A DNA stretch of 32,000 bases from an uncultured archaeon (GCA_964577555.1 CAZNZM010000001.1:1-32000); one strand, 5' to 3'. Counted from the first letter of the stretch, positions 9,264-18,297 are shown. Numbers and translations: made by a program. Notes: generated by a model from the letters alone, not told the origin.

Positions 9264-9791
9264 ATGGAAAAACTGGTTGGTTCAGTGGAAATTCCTCAAG
9301 GAATAATTGCGGAAGTCAGCGGCAATTTTGTCAAGCTGAAAGCGGGACAAAAAGAAAACAGCAGGGAATTCAAGTCAATCAATACTGCAATAAGATTAAG
9401 CAACAGCAAAATAGAGATTTATGCGCTTGATGGCAGAAAAAAAACCAATGCAGAAGCTGGTTCAATTATTTCACACATAAGAAACATGGTAAATGGTCTT
9501 GAAAAGGAGTATGAATATAAATTGGAAATAGTTTATAGTCACTTTCCGTTAAATGTTGTCGTCAAAGGTAATGTAATTGAAATTAATAATTTGGGCGGAG
9601 CGAAGAATCCCAAAAAAGTCAAGATAGCGGGGAATACGAAAGTTGAAGTCAAAGGAAAGGAAATAACAGTTAGAGGCACTAACAAAGAGCATGTGGGGCA
9701 GACTGCAGCCAACATGGAAATGGCTACAAAAATAAAAGGCAAAGACATAAGGATTTTTCATGACGGGATTTATATTGTTTCAAAAAAGTAA
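9264..9791 (+). CDS. rpl6: 50S ribosomal protein L6 (uL6)
   Basis: MEKLVGSVEIPQGIIAEVSGNFVKLKAG...HFPLNVVVKGNVIEINNLGGAKNPKKVKIAGNTKVEVKGKEITVRGTNKEHVGQTAANME; ATG 9264 with upstream GAGGT. Confidence 0.96.
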   Translation: MEKLVGSVEIPQGIIAEVSGNFVKLKAGQKENSREFKSINTAIRLSNSKIEIYALDGRKKTNAEAGSIISHIRNMVNGLEKEYEYKLEIVYSHFPLNVVVKGNVIEINNLGGAKNPKKVKIAGNTKVEVKGKEITVRGTNKEHVGQTAANMEMATKIKGKDIRIFHDGIYIVSKK

Positions 9792-9806
9792 TTGGGGTTG
9801 ATTTTT

Positions 9807-10295
9807 ATGGTTGAAAAAAAACAAGTCAAAAATTCAAAGCCTGAACAAAAAGAGAGCAAGGCTGATTCAAAGCCAAAGGAAAAAAAGGAGAAAAAATCCA
9901 GAAAAGTGATTATTAAGGCTTCAAAAGAAATACAAAAACTTAGGTCTCTTGCACTTTCAAAAACAAATTCGCCTGTTTTCAGAGGCAGGTTTGGAAAGAG
10001 AAAAATAAGAAGAAAAAGCAAGGCAAAGTGGAACAAATGGAGATTTCCAAGAGGAATTGACGTGAACCATGAACAATGCGAAGGATTTATTCCAAGAATA
10101 GGATATTTGAGGGCAAAGGCTATAAGGAATTTGCATCCAAGTGGATATAAGGAAATGCTTGTATCAAAGCTCGAAGAACTCAAAAATTTGGACAAGAATA
10201 CTGCAATCAGAATTGCGGCTGGAATTGGAAAAAGGAAGAAAATTGCGTTGGTGGATAAGGCAATTGAAATGGGTATAAAGGTATTAAATCCTTGA
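9807..10295 (+). CDS. rpl32e: 50S ribosomal protein L32e (eL32) with Lys/Glu-rich N-terminal extension
   Basis: PVFRGRFGKRKIRRKSKAKWNKWRFPRGIDVNHEQCEGFIPRIGYLRAKAIRNLHPSGYKEMLV. Confidence 0.94.
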   Translation: MVEKKQVKNSKPEQKESKADSKPKEKKEKKSRKVIIKASKEIQKLRSLALSKTNSPVFRGRFGKRKIRRKSKAKWNKWRFPRGIDVNHEQCEGFIPRIGYLRAKAIRNLHPSGYKEMLVSKLEELKNLDKNTAIRIAAGIGKRKKIALVDKAIEMGIKVLNP

Positions 10296-10309
10296 AAAGG
10301 TGAATTGAA

Positions 10310-10750
10310 ATGAATTACAGAAAAGCAAAAAGGCTTGCAGCAAAAATTCTCAAAGTTGGGGAAAGTAAAGTGTGGATCAACCCTGAAGCTGGCAACAGGA
10401 TAAAAGAAGCCATGACAAATGAGGATATAAGAGGACTTATTGCTGAAAAAATTATAACAAAAAGCAGCACTCCTGAACAAAGCAGGGCAAGGGCAAGAAA
10501 GCTTAAGGAAAAGAAGAAAAAAGGAAGAAAAAGGGGAAAAGGGAAAAGAACTGGTACAAAAAAAGCCAGAAAAGAAGGAAAACGTTTTTGGATAAAAAAC
10601 GTGCGAGCACAACGCGCTGTATTTAAAGAATTGAAGAAAAAAGGGGTAAAACTCAAGCATTCGCCAAGAAAGATTTACATGATGATTAGCGGAAACTTTT
10701 TCAAAGGAAAAAAGCACCTGCAATCGGTTGTTGAAGGTGATAACAAATGA
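10310..10750 (+). CDS. rpl19e: 50S ribosomal protein L19e (eL19)
   Basis: RLAAKILKVGESKVWINPEAGNRIKEAMTNEDIRGLIAEKII...SRARARKLKEKKKKGRKRGKGKRTGTKKAR. Confidence 0.97.
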   Translation: MNYRKAKRLAAKILKVGESKVWINPEAGNRIKEAMTNEDIRGLIAEKIITKSSTPEQSRARARKLKEKKKKGRKRGKGKRTGTKKARKEGKRFWIKNVRAQRAVFKELKKKGVKLKHSPRKIYMMISGNFFKGKKHLQSVVEGDNK

Positions 10751-11253
10751 GCACAAGTCCAACGTATAATGTGAAATTCAGGAGAAGAAGGGAAGGTAAA
10801 ACCGATTATAAAAAAAGATTGGCTTTGCTTAAATCAAAAAAACCAAGGTTGGTTGTGAGGAGAAGCCATAATAATATTGTTGCTGAAATAGTTTCTTATA
10901 ATCCGCAAGGCGATGTAGTTAAATCATTTTTTGCTGCAACAGGGTTGAAGAAACTTGGTTGGAAAGGGCATACTGGCAATATTCCTGCAGCATATCTTGC
11001 AGGCTATGCTTGTGCAAAAAAAGCAATTAAAGGAGGGATGAAGGAAGCTGTTTTGGATATAGGGCTTACTTCGCCAGTCCATGGAAGCGCAGTGTTTTCA
11101 GCGCTCAAAGGGGCTGTTGAAGCCGGGTTAAGTGTTCCTTTAAATGCGGAAGTTTTGCCTTCTGATGACAGGGCAAAAGGCAAGCATATAAGCGAAGAAA
11201 TTGCAAGGAATTTTGAAGAAGTAAAAAGCAAAATAGACAAGGAGTTTGGTTAA
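10747..11253 (+). CDS. rpl18: 50S ribosomal protein L18 (uL18)
   Basis: YNVKFRRRREGKTDYKKRLALLKSKKPRLVVRRSHNNIVAEIV. Confidence 0.97.
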   Translation: MSTSPTYNVKFRRRREGKTDYKKRLALLKSKKPRLVVRRSHNNIVAEIVSYNPQGDVVKSFFAATGLKKLGWKGHTGNIPAAYLAGYACAKKAIKGGMKEAVLDIGLTSPVHGSAVFSALKGAVEAGLSVPLNAEVLPSDDRAKGKHISEEIARNFEEVKSKIDKEFG

Positions 11254-11977
11254 AATGCCGGCAAGAAAAGAAAAAAGGCAAAAAACAAGAGAAAAAACAA
11301 GGCATGAAGATGAACCTGATTTTAGGTTCAGAGAAGAAAAGGACATTCTTTCAGAATGGGTTCCAAAAACAGAAGGCGGAAGGCTTGTAAAATCTGGTGA
11401 AATAACAAGTATGGACGATTATTTTAACAGGGGTTTGAAGTTAATGGAGCCTGAAATAGTTGATTCTTTGTTGCCTAATCTTAAAGACAAGCTTGTGGAG
11501 TTCAAGAAGACTGCAAGAATAACAAGGCAGGGAAGAAACTTTTCTTATAGGGCTACAATACTAATAGGCGATGGCGAATCGTATGTCGGCGTTGGAACGG
11601 GTAAAGACAAAGAAAGATTTCCGGCGATACAAAAAGCTACTCGGAATGCAAAACTTAGTATTGTGAAAGTGAAAAGAGGGTGTGGCAGTTGGGAATGCAG
11701 ATGCCAGGAAAAACATTCTGTTCCTTTCAGAACAATTGGAAAAAAATCTTCAATTATTATTACTCTTCTTCCAGCGCCAAGAGGCACTGGTTTGGTGGTT
11801 GGTGATTCAATAAAAGATGTTTTCAGGTTTGTTGGAATAAAAGATGTTTGGGTAAAGACAAAAGGAAATACCAATTCAACTCTTGAATTTACTACTGCGG
11901 CAATCAATGCTCTTAAAAATACAAACAAAATGAGGCTTTCCGATGACATTAAAAGAAAATTGGGTGAGGCAAAATGA
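11246..11977 (+). CDS. rps5: 30S ribosomal protein S5 (uS5)
   Basis: KKTARITRQGRNFSYRATILIGDGESYVGVGTGKDKERFPAIQKATRNAKLSIVKVKRGCGSWEC; start could be the in-frame ATG 11252. Confidence 0.97.
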   Translation: MVKMPARKEKRQKTREKTRHEDEPDFRFREEKDILSEWVPKTEGGRLVKSGEITSMDDYFNRGLKLMEPEIVDSLLPNLKDKLVEFKKTARITRQGRNFSYRATILIGDGESYVGVGTGKDKERFPAIQKATRNAKLSIVKVKRGCGSWECRCQEKHSVPFRTIGKKSSIIITLLPAPRGTGLVVGDSIKDVFRFVGIKDVWVKTKGNTNSTLEFTTAAINALKNTNKMRLSDDIKRKLGEAK

Positions 11978-12429
11978 TTGCGGTTGTAAGGGTTAGGGGA
12001 ACTGTAAATATCAAACCGGATATTAGAAAAACTCTTGAAAATCTGATGCTTTTCAAGCCCAACACAATGGCTGTTGTAAGTGATTCTCAAAAGAAAATGG
12101 TTGAAAAAGCCAAGGATTATGTTACGTTTGGCTTTATTGATGAAAAAGCATTGGCAATGGTGTTGGAAAAAAGAGGTTATACTGAGGAAGGAAAAAAGGT
12201 TGATTTGGAATATCTTAAAAGCAAAAATATTTCGAGTTTTGCAGAACTTTCAAATAAAGTTATTAATGGTTCTGTAAGGCTACGGGAAGTTGGTATTGTT
12301 CCTTGTTTTAGGTTGCATCCTCCAAAAAAAGGTTGGGAAAGAAAGGGAATTAAAATGCCGTTCAATTTGGGCGGTGCTCTTGGAAACAGGGGCGAGTATA
12401 TGAATGAACTTGTGTTTAGAATGATTTGA
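11974..12429 (+). CDS. rpl30: 50S ribosomal protein L30 (uL30)
   Basis: AVVRVRGTVNIKPDIRKTLENLMLFKPNTMAVV...FRLHPPKKGWERKGIKMPFNLGGALGNRGEYMNELVFRMI. Confidence 0.95.
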   Translation: MIAVVRVRGTVNIKPDIRKTLENLMLFKPNTMAVVSDSQKKMVEKAKDYVTFGFIDEKALAMVLEKRGYTEEGKKVDLEYLKSKNISSFAELSNKVINGSVRLREVGIVPCFRLHPPKKGWERKGIKMPFNLGGALGNRGEYMNELVFRMI

Positions 12430-12439
12430 GGGTATTGTT

Positions 12440-12904
12440 ATGGTTGTAAGGAAAAGAAGAAAGAAGAACAAGTTAAGAGGCATGAGGCAGCACGGAGCTG
12501 GGGATAAGAAAAACAGACGAGGCGCTGGTTCAAGGGGCGGGGTTGGAAGGGCTGGTAGCCACAAACACAAGTTTACAAAATGGTATATGACTTTTGGCGT
12601 TAAGAGGACAAGAAAAGCGGCTGAAAAGCCAAAGGTTGTCAACCTTGATTTTATCAATCACAAATTGCCTTTTTGGGTTGAATCTGGAAAGGCAAAAAAA
12701 GAAGGCGAATTTGTTGTTGTTGATGGCTCTGTTTTGGGTTTTGGAAAGGTTTTAGGCAAAGGCAAGATTTCGGCAAAAATAAAACTGGTAAATGTACAGG
12801 TTTCTGCGAGTGCATTAGAAAAAATTAAGGCTGTTGGTGGAGCAATGCAGAGTGAAGGTATTGAGGAAGGCTTTGAAGAAGAGGAGGATGAGGACAAAGA
12901 ATGA
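12440..12904 (+). CDS. rpl15: 50S ribosomal protein L15 (uL15), acidic C-terminus
   Basis: RKRRKKNKLRGMRQHGAGDKKNRRGAGSRGGVGRAGSHKHKF; ATGA overlap with secY. Confidence 0.95.
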   Translation: MVVRKRRKKNKLRGMRQHGAGDKKNRRGAGSRGGVGRAGSHKHKFTKWYMTFGVKRTRKAAEKPKVVNLDFINHKLPFWVESGKAKKEGEFVVVDGSVLGFGKVLGKGKISAKIKLVNVQVSASALEKIKAVGGAMQSEGIEEGFEEEEDEDKE

Positions 12905-14325
12905 ACATCTTCAAGACGCTTCAGCCAATTTATTCGATGTTGCCTGAAGTAAAGGCTCCTGAAAATAAGGGTTCTTTGAAAGACAGGTTAATGTGGACAG
13001 CTGCCGTGCTCTTGATTTTTTTTGCAATGGGAAGCGTCAAGCTTTTTGGGCTTAGTGCTGCAAGCGCCGGAAGGCTTGAACAAGTACAAGTAATACTTGC
13101 GTCGGATGCTGGCACTCTTATAACTGTTGGAATAGGTCCTATTGTGCTTGCTTCAATAATTTTGCAATTGCTTATTGGTGGCGGATTAGTCAAGCTTGAT
13201 CTTAGCAAGCCTGAAGAAAAAGCCCAATTTTCAGGAATGCAAAAATTGCTTGCAATAATATTGAGTTTTGTGGAAAGCACTGTTTATACTGCAACTGGTT
13301 TTCTTACTCCCGAACCTGGAATGATGCCTTTAATAATTTTACAAGTAGCCATGGGCGCAATAATTTTGCTTTATCTTGATGAAGTGGTTTCAAAATATGG
13401 AATAGGTTCTGGTGTCGGACTTTTTATTGCTGGTGGAGTTGCAAAGATCATAATGTGGAGAATTTTTTCGCCTTTGAACCTTCAAAGAAATATTTCTCTG
13501 GTGGATGGCACTGGATTATTGTTTCTTTTTATTAGGGAAATGCAAAACAACATATCGGTTGCAATGATTGATGCTTTGCTTCCGATAATTGTGACAATAA
13601 TAGTTTTTGTTGTAGTGGTGTATACTGAAGGGATACATGTAAATATTCCAATAACCATGGGAAGAAAAGGCACTGGGGGGCGTTATCCTGTAAAGTTTTT
13701 ATATGTTTCAAATATGCCTGTAATTCTTGCATCTGCGTTGTTTCTTAATATTGGGATTTGGGCTCAATTGTTCAAGAACGTGCCTTTTATAGGCGGCTTG
13801 CTCGGAGGACTTGCAACAATTGTTATTCCGCCATATGACTTAGTCAGAAATGTGCTTATGGAGGGAATAAATGCGAATTTGATTAACCAAATGTGGCAAA
13901 GCATTACTACGTTGCAATTTGTTGGTTTGGGCGGGCAAATCATACACGCTTTTGTTTTTATTGTTATTTTAACAATTGTTTGCGTTATTTTTGGAAGGCT
14001 TTGGATTGAAGTTGGCGGCCAAGGACCTGAAAGGATTGCAGAACAACTTAATAGGGCCGGCATGTCGATTCCGGGTTTCAGAAGGGATCCAAGAATTATA
14101 AGGCAAGTGCTTGACAGGTATGTGCCAACAATAACAATTCTTGGTTCGGCATTTGTTGGACTTTTGGCTGGCTTTGCAGACATTACCGGGGCCATTGGGT
14201 CAGGAACAGGAATTTTGCTTACTGCAGGCATAGTTTACAGGCTTTATGAAGAACTTGCAAAAATGCAATTGGCTGAAACCCATCCATTATTAAAAGGATT
14301 TTTTGGACAAGGAGGCGGTTTTTAA
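12901..14325 (+). CDS. secY: Preprotein translocase subunit SecY
   Basis: 474 aa polytopic membrane protein; VILASIILQLLIGGGLVKLDL, GGQGPERIAEQLNRAGMSIPGFRRDPR, GSGIGTGILLTAGIVYRLYEELAKMQ-type C-terminus. Confidence 0.97.
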   Translation: MNIFKTLQPIYSMLPEVKAPENKGSLKDRLMWTAAVLLIFFAMGSVKLFGLSAASAGRLEQVQVILASDAGTLITVGIGPIVLASIILQLLIGGGLVKLDLSKPEEKAQFSGMQKLLAIILSFVESTVYTATGFLTPEPGMMPLIILQVAMGAIILLYLDEVVSKYGIGSGVGLFIAGGVAKIIMWRIFSPLNLQRNISLVDGTGLLFLFIREMQNNISVAMIDALLPIIVTIIVFVVVVYTEGIHVNIPITMGRKGTGGRYPVKFLYVSNMPVILASALFLNIGIWAQLFKNVPFIGGLLGGLATIVIPPYDLVRNVLMEGINANLINQMWQSITTLQFVGLGGQIIHAFVFIVILTIVCVIFGRLWIEVGGQGPERIAEQLNRAGMSIPGFRRDPRIIRQVLDRYVPTITILGSAFVGLLAGFADITGAIGSGTGILLTAGIVYRLYEELAKMQLAETHPLLKGFFGQGGGF

Positions 14326-14394
14326 AAGAATCGGTTGAAAAGTATTAAGTCCAACTTGATTCTTTTAAGAATTCAAATTTTCAGGTGTTTTTTT

Positions 14395-14898
14395 ATGGTT
14401 GAACCTATGTTTGAGATATTTGGCATTTCGCTTTTCCTGGCTGTTGTTTCACAAATAATTCAAAACAAGTTTATGGACAAAGAATCTATGAAAAAGCACC
14501 AAGAAGACATGAAAGCCAAACAGAAAAGAATGAAAGAGTTGATTGGCAAGAATGATCAAAAATCAAAAAACGAACTTGAAACCCTTGAAAAAGAGCTTAT
14601 GGAGTCAATGCAAAAAGTCATGGAAGGTTCAACAAAAACAATGCTATTTTCTTTGGTGATTTTCTTGCCAGCTTTTTGGTTGTTGGGACATTTTTATGAA
14701 AAAGCGGTTATTGATTTGCCTGTGCAAATTCCTTGGTTTGTGGAAGGGTTTGATTTATTAAATATTTCAACTTGGGGTATTAAAATGTACAGCCAAACAA
14801 ATTGGTTGGGCTGGTATTTTTTGACATATTTGGTTATTTCAATGATAACAGGATTCATAATTTCCCAATTTAAAAAAAACAAGGCAAATAAGAAGTGA
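14395..14898 (+). CDS. DUF106/EMC3-TMCO1-like (YidC-like) membrane protein
   Basis: SLFLAVVSQIIQNKFMDKESMKKHQEDMKAKQKRMKELIGKNDQK...MEGSTKTMLFSLVIFLPAFWLL; known archaeal neighbour of secY; ATG 14395 preferred. Confidence 0.88.
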   Translation: MVEPMFEIFGISLFLAVVSQIIQNKFMDKESMKKHQEDMKAKQKRMKELIGKNDQKSKNELETLEKELMESMQKVMEGSTKTMLFSLVIFLPAFWLLGHFYEKAVIDLPVQIPWFVEGFDLLNISTWGIKMYSQTNWLGWYFLTYLVISMITGFIISQFKKNKANKK

Positions 14899-14903
14899 TT
14901 ATC

Positions 14904-15242
14904 ATGGTTGATCGACAAACAAGAATGAAAAAGAAAAAATACAGGAGAACACCTGGTTCAAAAACCGTTGTACATTACACAAGACATAAGATTACAAAAG
15001 CGGAGTGCCCTGTCACTAAAAAAAGGTTGCATGGAACTGGAAACCAAACAAAAAGCAGTATAAGAAAACTTTCAAAAACACGTAAAAGACCAAGCGTAAA
15101 ATTTGGCGGAGTACTTTCAGCAAAGGCAAGAAGAATAATATGGGATGAAGCGGCGTTGGTTTTGCTTGGCAAAAAAAATATTAATGATGTTTCAATGACA
15201 ATCAGAAATTATGTTAAACAAGCATTAAAGGTGAATAAATGA
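14904..15242 (+). CDS. rpl34e: 50S ribosomal protein L34e (eL34), zinc-site cysteines mostly lost
   Basis: YRRTPGSKTVVHYTRHK...LHGTGNQTKSSIRKLSKTRKRPSVKFGGVLSAKARRI; syntenic after DUF106. Confidence 0.9.
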   Translation: MVDRQTRMKKKKYRRTPGSKTVVHYTRHKITKAECPVTKKRLHGTGNQTKSSIRKLSKTRKRPSVKFGGVLSAKARRIIWDEAALVLLGKKNINDVSMTIRNYVKQALKVNK

Positions 15243-15460
15243 AGGCAATTGATGTTGGAAGTATTTGTATAAAGACAACAGGCAGGGAAGCCGGAGAAAA
15301 AGCCGTTGTGCTTGAAATACTTGGACCAACAATGGTGACAATAATAGGACCTAAAGTAAGAAAGAGAAAATGCAACATATTGCACTTATTGCCTACTGGC
15401 AAAAAAATTGAAGTGAATTCAAAAATAACGCAAAAAGAAATTGCAAAAATGATTGAGTGA
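15239..15460 (+). CDS. rpl14e: 50S ribosomal protein L14e (eL14), short KOW protein
   Basis: IDVGSICIKTTGREAGEKAVVLEILGPTMVTIIGPKVRKRKCNILHLLPTGKKIEV. Confidence 0.9.
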   Translation: MKAIDVGSICIKTTGREAGEKAVVLEILGPTMVTIIGPKVRKRKCNILHLLPTGKKIEVNSKITQKEIAKMIE

Positions 15461-15465
15461 TGTAA

Positions 15466-16059
15466 ATGGCAAAAAAAGAAAAACAAGAGATTGAAGGCAG
15501 GAAAGAAAACGAAAAAGAAGCAAAGTCGGATGAAAGGCTTATTGTTCGTGTAGCCGGCGTTGATCTTAATGGCAGGTTGCCAATACAAAGGTCTCTTACA
15601 AAAATAAAAGGAATAGGAATAAGAATGGCAAAAAGCATTGCTGTAGCATTTGAAAAATTAACTGGAATATCGCCTCTACAAAAAACCGGGGCGCTTAATG
15701 AAGAACAAACAAAAAAACTTGAGGAAGTAGTGCTGCATCCTGAAAAATTTGGAGTGCCTTCTTGGCAACTCAACAGACAAAAGGATTTTTACACTGGATT
15801 ATCAACGCATTTAGTAATGGCTGATTTGGACCTTGCATTAAGAGAGGACTTGTCAAGGCTTAAAGAAATAAAATCTTATAGAGGACTAAGGCATCAATGG
15901 GGTTTGCCTGTCAGAGGGCAAAGAACAAAGTCAACTCACAGAGGCAAAGGCGGAGTTGTAGGAGTAATGAAGAAAGAAGTCAAACAAGCTGCGGCTCCTG
16001 CAAAAGCCAAAGAATCTCCAAAGCCGGCGGCAAGTCAAAAAGGCGGAGCTAAAAAGTGA
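15466..16059 (+). CDS. rps13: 30S ribosomal protein S13 (uS13) with N-terminal and Ala/Lys-rich C-terminal extensions
   Basis: VRVAGVDLNGRLPIQRSLTKIKGIGIRMAKSIA...SYRGLRHQWGLPVRGQRTKSTHRGKG. Confidence 0.97.
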   Translation: MAKKEKQEIEGRKENEKEAKSDERLIVRVAGVDLNGRLPIQRSLTKIKGIGIRMAKSIAVAFEKLTGISPLQKTGALNEEQTKKLEEVVLHPEKFGVPSWQLNRQKDFYTGLSTHLVMADLDLALREDLSRLKEIKSYRGLRHQWGLPVRGQRTKSTHRGKGGVVGVMKKEVKQAAAPAKAKESPKPAASQKGGAKK

Positions 16060-16068
16060 GGTGTTTGA

Positions 16069-16656
16069 ATGGGAGACCCTGCTAAAAAAAGAAAATTGTA
16101 TAAAAATCCAAGAAAACAATGGGATGCCCAACTTCTTGAAAGGGAAAGAAAACTCGTTGAATTTTACGGGTTAAAAAACAAAAGAGAGTTAAGAAGAACT
16201 GAAACTTGGTTGAGGCAAAAAAAGAAATTGGCTAGGGATTTGTTGGGCTTGCCTCTTGAAACAAGAAAGCAACGCGAAACCGAACTTATGAATGGTTTGA
16301 AAAAAATCGGTTTGGTTAAAGAAGGATCAACAATTGATGACGTGCTTGGGCTTAAAATAGAAGAAGTTTTGGAAAGAAGGCTTCAAACTTATGTGTATAG
16401 GAAAGGTTTTGCAAATACAACAAAACAGGCAAGACAATTTATTGTGCATGGACACATAGCAATTGCTGGAAAAAAAATAAGTGCTCCGTCTTACATAGTT
16501 CCATTGACCGAAGTTGAAACAATAGGCTGGTATAGAAAACCAATTAAAATTGAAGCCCAACCAAAAAAAGACGTCAAAAAAGAGTTTGAAGAAATTGTAA
16601 AAGCCCAAGAAAATGAAGAACAAGAAAATTTTGAAAAAGAAGGTGAAATGGAATGA
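16069..16656 (+). CDS. rps4: 30S ribosomal protein S4 (uS4), S4 domain
   Basis: RRTETWLRQKKKLARDLLGLP...VLERRLQTYVYRKGFANTTKQARQFIVHGHIAIAGKKISAPSYIV. Confidence 0.97.
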   Translation: MGDPAKKRKLYKNPRKQWDAQLLERERKLVEFYGLKNKRELRRTETWLRQKKKLARDLLGLPLETRKQRETELMNGLKKIGLVKEGSTIDDVLGLKIEEVLERRLQTYVYRKGFANTTKQARQFIVHGHIAIAGKKISAPSYIVPLTEVETIGWYRKPIKIEAQPKKDVKKEFEEIVKAQENEEQENFEKEGEME

Positions 16657-17036
16657 CAAAAACAGGAATAATACATATTTACGCTTCACACAATAATACA
16701 ATAATTGTACTCACAGACATAACAGGCTCTGAAACAATTGCAAAGTGCAGCGGCGGCATGGTTGTAAAATCGCAACACAAAGAAGGCTCGCCATACGCCG
16801 CAATGAAGGTTGCGGAAATAGTGGCTGAAAAAGCAAAGGAAAAAGGCATTGAAGAAGTCATTGTAAAAGTAAGAGGACAAGGCGGAATAAAACCAAAATC
16901 TCCTGGACAAGGAGCGGAAGCCGCAATACTTTCTCTCACGAGAAATAACATGAAAATCAAGGCAATTGAAAACGTTACCCCTATACCTCATGATGGTTGC
17001 AGGCGTAAAAAAAGGCATAGAAGCAAAAAGGAGTGA
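16653..17036 (+). CDS. rps11: 30S ribosomal protein S11 (uS11)
   Basis: GIIHIYASHNNTIIVLTDITGSETIAKCSGGMVVK...KAIENVTPIPHDGCRRKKRHR. Confidence 0.98.
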   Translation: MTKTGIIHIYASHNNTIIVLTDITGSETIAKCSGGMVVKSQHKEGSPYAAMKVAEIVAEKAKEKGIEEVIVKVRGQGGIKPKSPGQGAEAAILSLTRNNMKIKAIENVTPIPHDGCRRKKRHRSKKE

Positions 17037-17040
17037 AAGC

Positions 17041-17736
17041 ATGGATGTCAAAGTTCTCAAAGAAAAAGGAAATTCAATGACAATATTAATAAAGGACACT
17101 AACAACGCATTTGTGAATGCTCTTCGCAGACAAATAATGGCTGGAACCCCAATATTTGCAATAGAAGATGTTTACATTTACGAAAATACTGGCGCAATGT
17201 ATGATGAAATGCTTGCACACAGGCTTGGCTTGATTCCGCTTAAAATGGATTCAAACAAATACAAGGAAGGAGAAAAAGTCAAATTAGTACTTGAAAAAGA
17301 AGGGCCTTGCACGGTTTACAGCAAAGACATTAAAAGCACTGATCCTTCAATAGAACCTGTTTATTTGAATATTCCGATAACAAAATTGACCGAAGGACAA
17401 AAAATAAAAATTGAAATGGATGCTGTTGCAGGGGTTGGAAAAACCCATTCAAAATACCAACCAGCAATAGTGGCTTACCAAGAACTGCCAATAATAACAT
17501 CTGAAAAAAGTGCCAAAGACAAGAGTTATAAGGCAGACATAATCGAAATGATTATAGATGAAAAGCATCGGGACCTGATGCTTAAACCCGGACAAAAAAT
17601 AGAATATGACCCAACAACATTTATTTTTACAATAGAAAGCCACGGTAATCTTGATTGCAAAGAGCTTTTGGAAAGCGCTTTAAACGGTTTAAAAGAAAGA
17701 TTGGAGGGATTCAGAAAAGAGTTAAAGAATTTATAA
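17041..17736 (+). CDS. rpoD: DNA-directed RNA polymerase subunit D (Rpo3), lacking an obvious Fe-S insertion
   Basis: NAFVNALRRQIMAGTPIFAIEDVYIYENTGAMYDEMLAHRLGLIPL; ATG at 17041 fits better than ORF start 16966, which overlaps S11. Confidence 0.95.
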   Translation: MDVKVLKEKGNSMTILIKDTNNAFVNALRRQIMAGTPIFAIEDVYIYENTGAMYDEMLAHRLGLIPLKMDSNKYKEGEKVKLVLEKEGPCTVYSKDIKSTDPSIEPVYLNIPITKLTEGQKIKIEMDAVAGVGKTHSKYQPAIVAYQELPIITSEKSAKDKSYKADIIEMIIDEKHRDLMLKPGQKIEYDPTTFIFTIESHGNLDCKELLESALNGLKERLEGFRKELKNL

Positions 17737-17762
17737 GCTGATTGGAGAAAAAAGGCATTAGA

Positions 17763-17917
17763 GCAGGAGTACCCAAGCGGCCAACGGGGCAGGACTTAAG
17801 AAACCTTTATGTCCGGTAAAAAAAATTCCCCGGCTTCTTCTTGCAATTAAATAGAAGAAAAGGCTGGAGTTATCCTGTGGCTTAGTGCCTTCGCAGGTTC
17901 GAATCCTGCCTCCTGCA
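17763..17917 (+). tRNA. trnL: tRNA-Leu(UAA), class II, interrupted by a 71-nt intron at position 37/38; CCA not encoded
   Basis: Acceptor GCAGGAG (17763-17769)/CTCCTGC (17910-17916), discriminator A 17917; D-stem CCC/GGG; anticodon stem CAGGA (17790-17794)/TCCTG (17873-17877); loop CTTAAG + A with TAA anticodon 17797-17799; long variable arm GGC-TTAGT-GCC; T-arm GCAGG-TTCGAAT-CCTGC. Confidence 0.94.
17801..17871 (+). other. Archaeal tRNA intron (bulge-helix-bulge type candidate), 71 nt
   Basis: Removing 17801-17871 restores anticodon loop CUUAAGA closed by CAGGA/UCCUG; intron start CCUUU pairs with AAAGG near its 3' end; 3-nt bulges AG^A and UU^A around a weak 3-4 bp central helix CUUA/GGAG. 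Confidence 0.85.
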
Positions 17918-17937
17918 TTAAAAAAAAGTGATTTTTT

Positions 17938-18297
17938 ATGAGAACCGGGCCTACAAACAGAGAAACTAAAAGTATTGCAGTAATGTTGGAAAGACATGGA
18001 AAAAAATCGCGTAAAAAGATTTTTACCGAAATAGCTGAAAAACTTTTGAAGCCTTCAAGAAAAAGGGCATGCGTAAACATATTCAAACTTAATGAAATCG
18101 CAAAAACCTGTGGCGAAAAAGTTTTAATTGTACCTGGAAAAGTTCTTGCATCAGGAGACTTGGAGAAAAAAATAGAAGTCGCTTGCTTGAATTGTTCGGC
18201 AACCGCAAAGAGAAAAATTGAAAGCATGAAAGGAAAAGTAATAGAGCTTAAAGAAATAATCGGGATTTCTCCCAATAAAATGGTGATTGTGGAATGA
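17938..18297 (+). CDS. rpl18e: 50S ribosomal protein L18e (eL18)
   Basis: LLKPSRKRACVNIFKLNEIAKTCGEKVLIVPGKVLASGDLEKKIEVACLNCSATAKRKI. Confidence 0.94.
   Translation: MRTGPTNRETKSIAVMLERHGKKSRKKIFTEIAEKLLKPSRKRACVNIFKLNEIAKTCGEKVLIVPGKVLASGDLEKKIEVACLNCSATAKRKIESMKGKVIELKEIIGISPNKMVIVE

Noticed and set aside
9770-10762. 330-aa minus-strand ORF (MDLCSFVITFNNRL...)
   Set aside because: Shadow of L32e and L19e on the opposite strand; F/S/C-rich translation from Lys-rich sense codons, no family signature.
16966-17040. RpoD start at 16966
   Set aside because: Would overlap 71 nt of S11; Rpo3 homology begins at MDVKVLKEKGNS (17041).
17758-17997. 79-aa minus ORF containing AGGRIRTCEG
   Set aside because: Well-known type of spurious ORF produced by the antisense of a tRNA T-arm/3' end; here it lies over tRNA-Leu.
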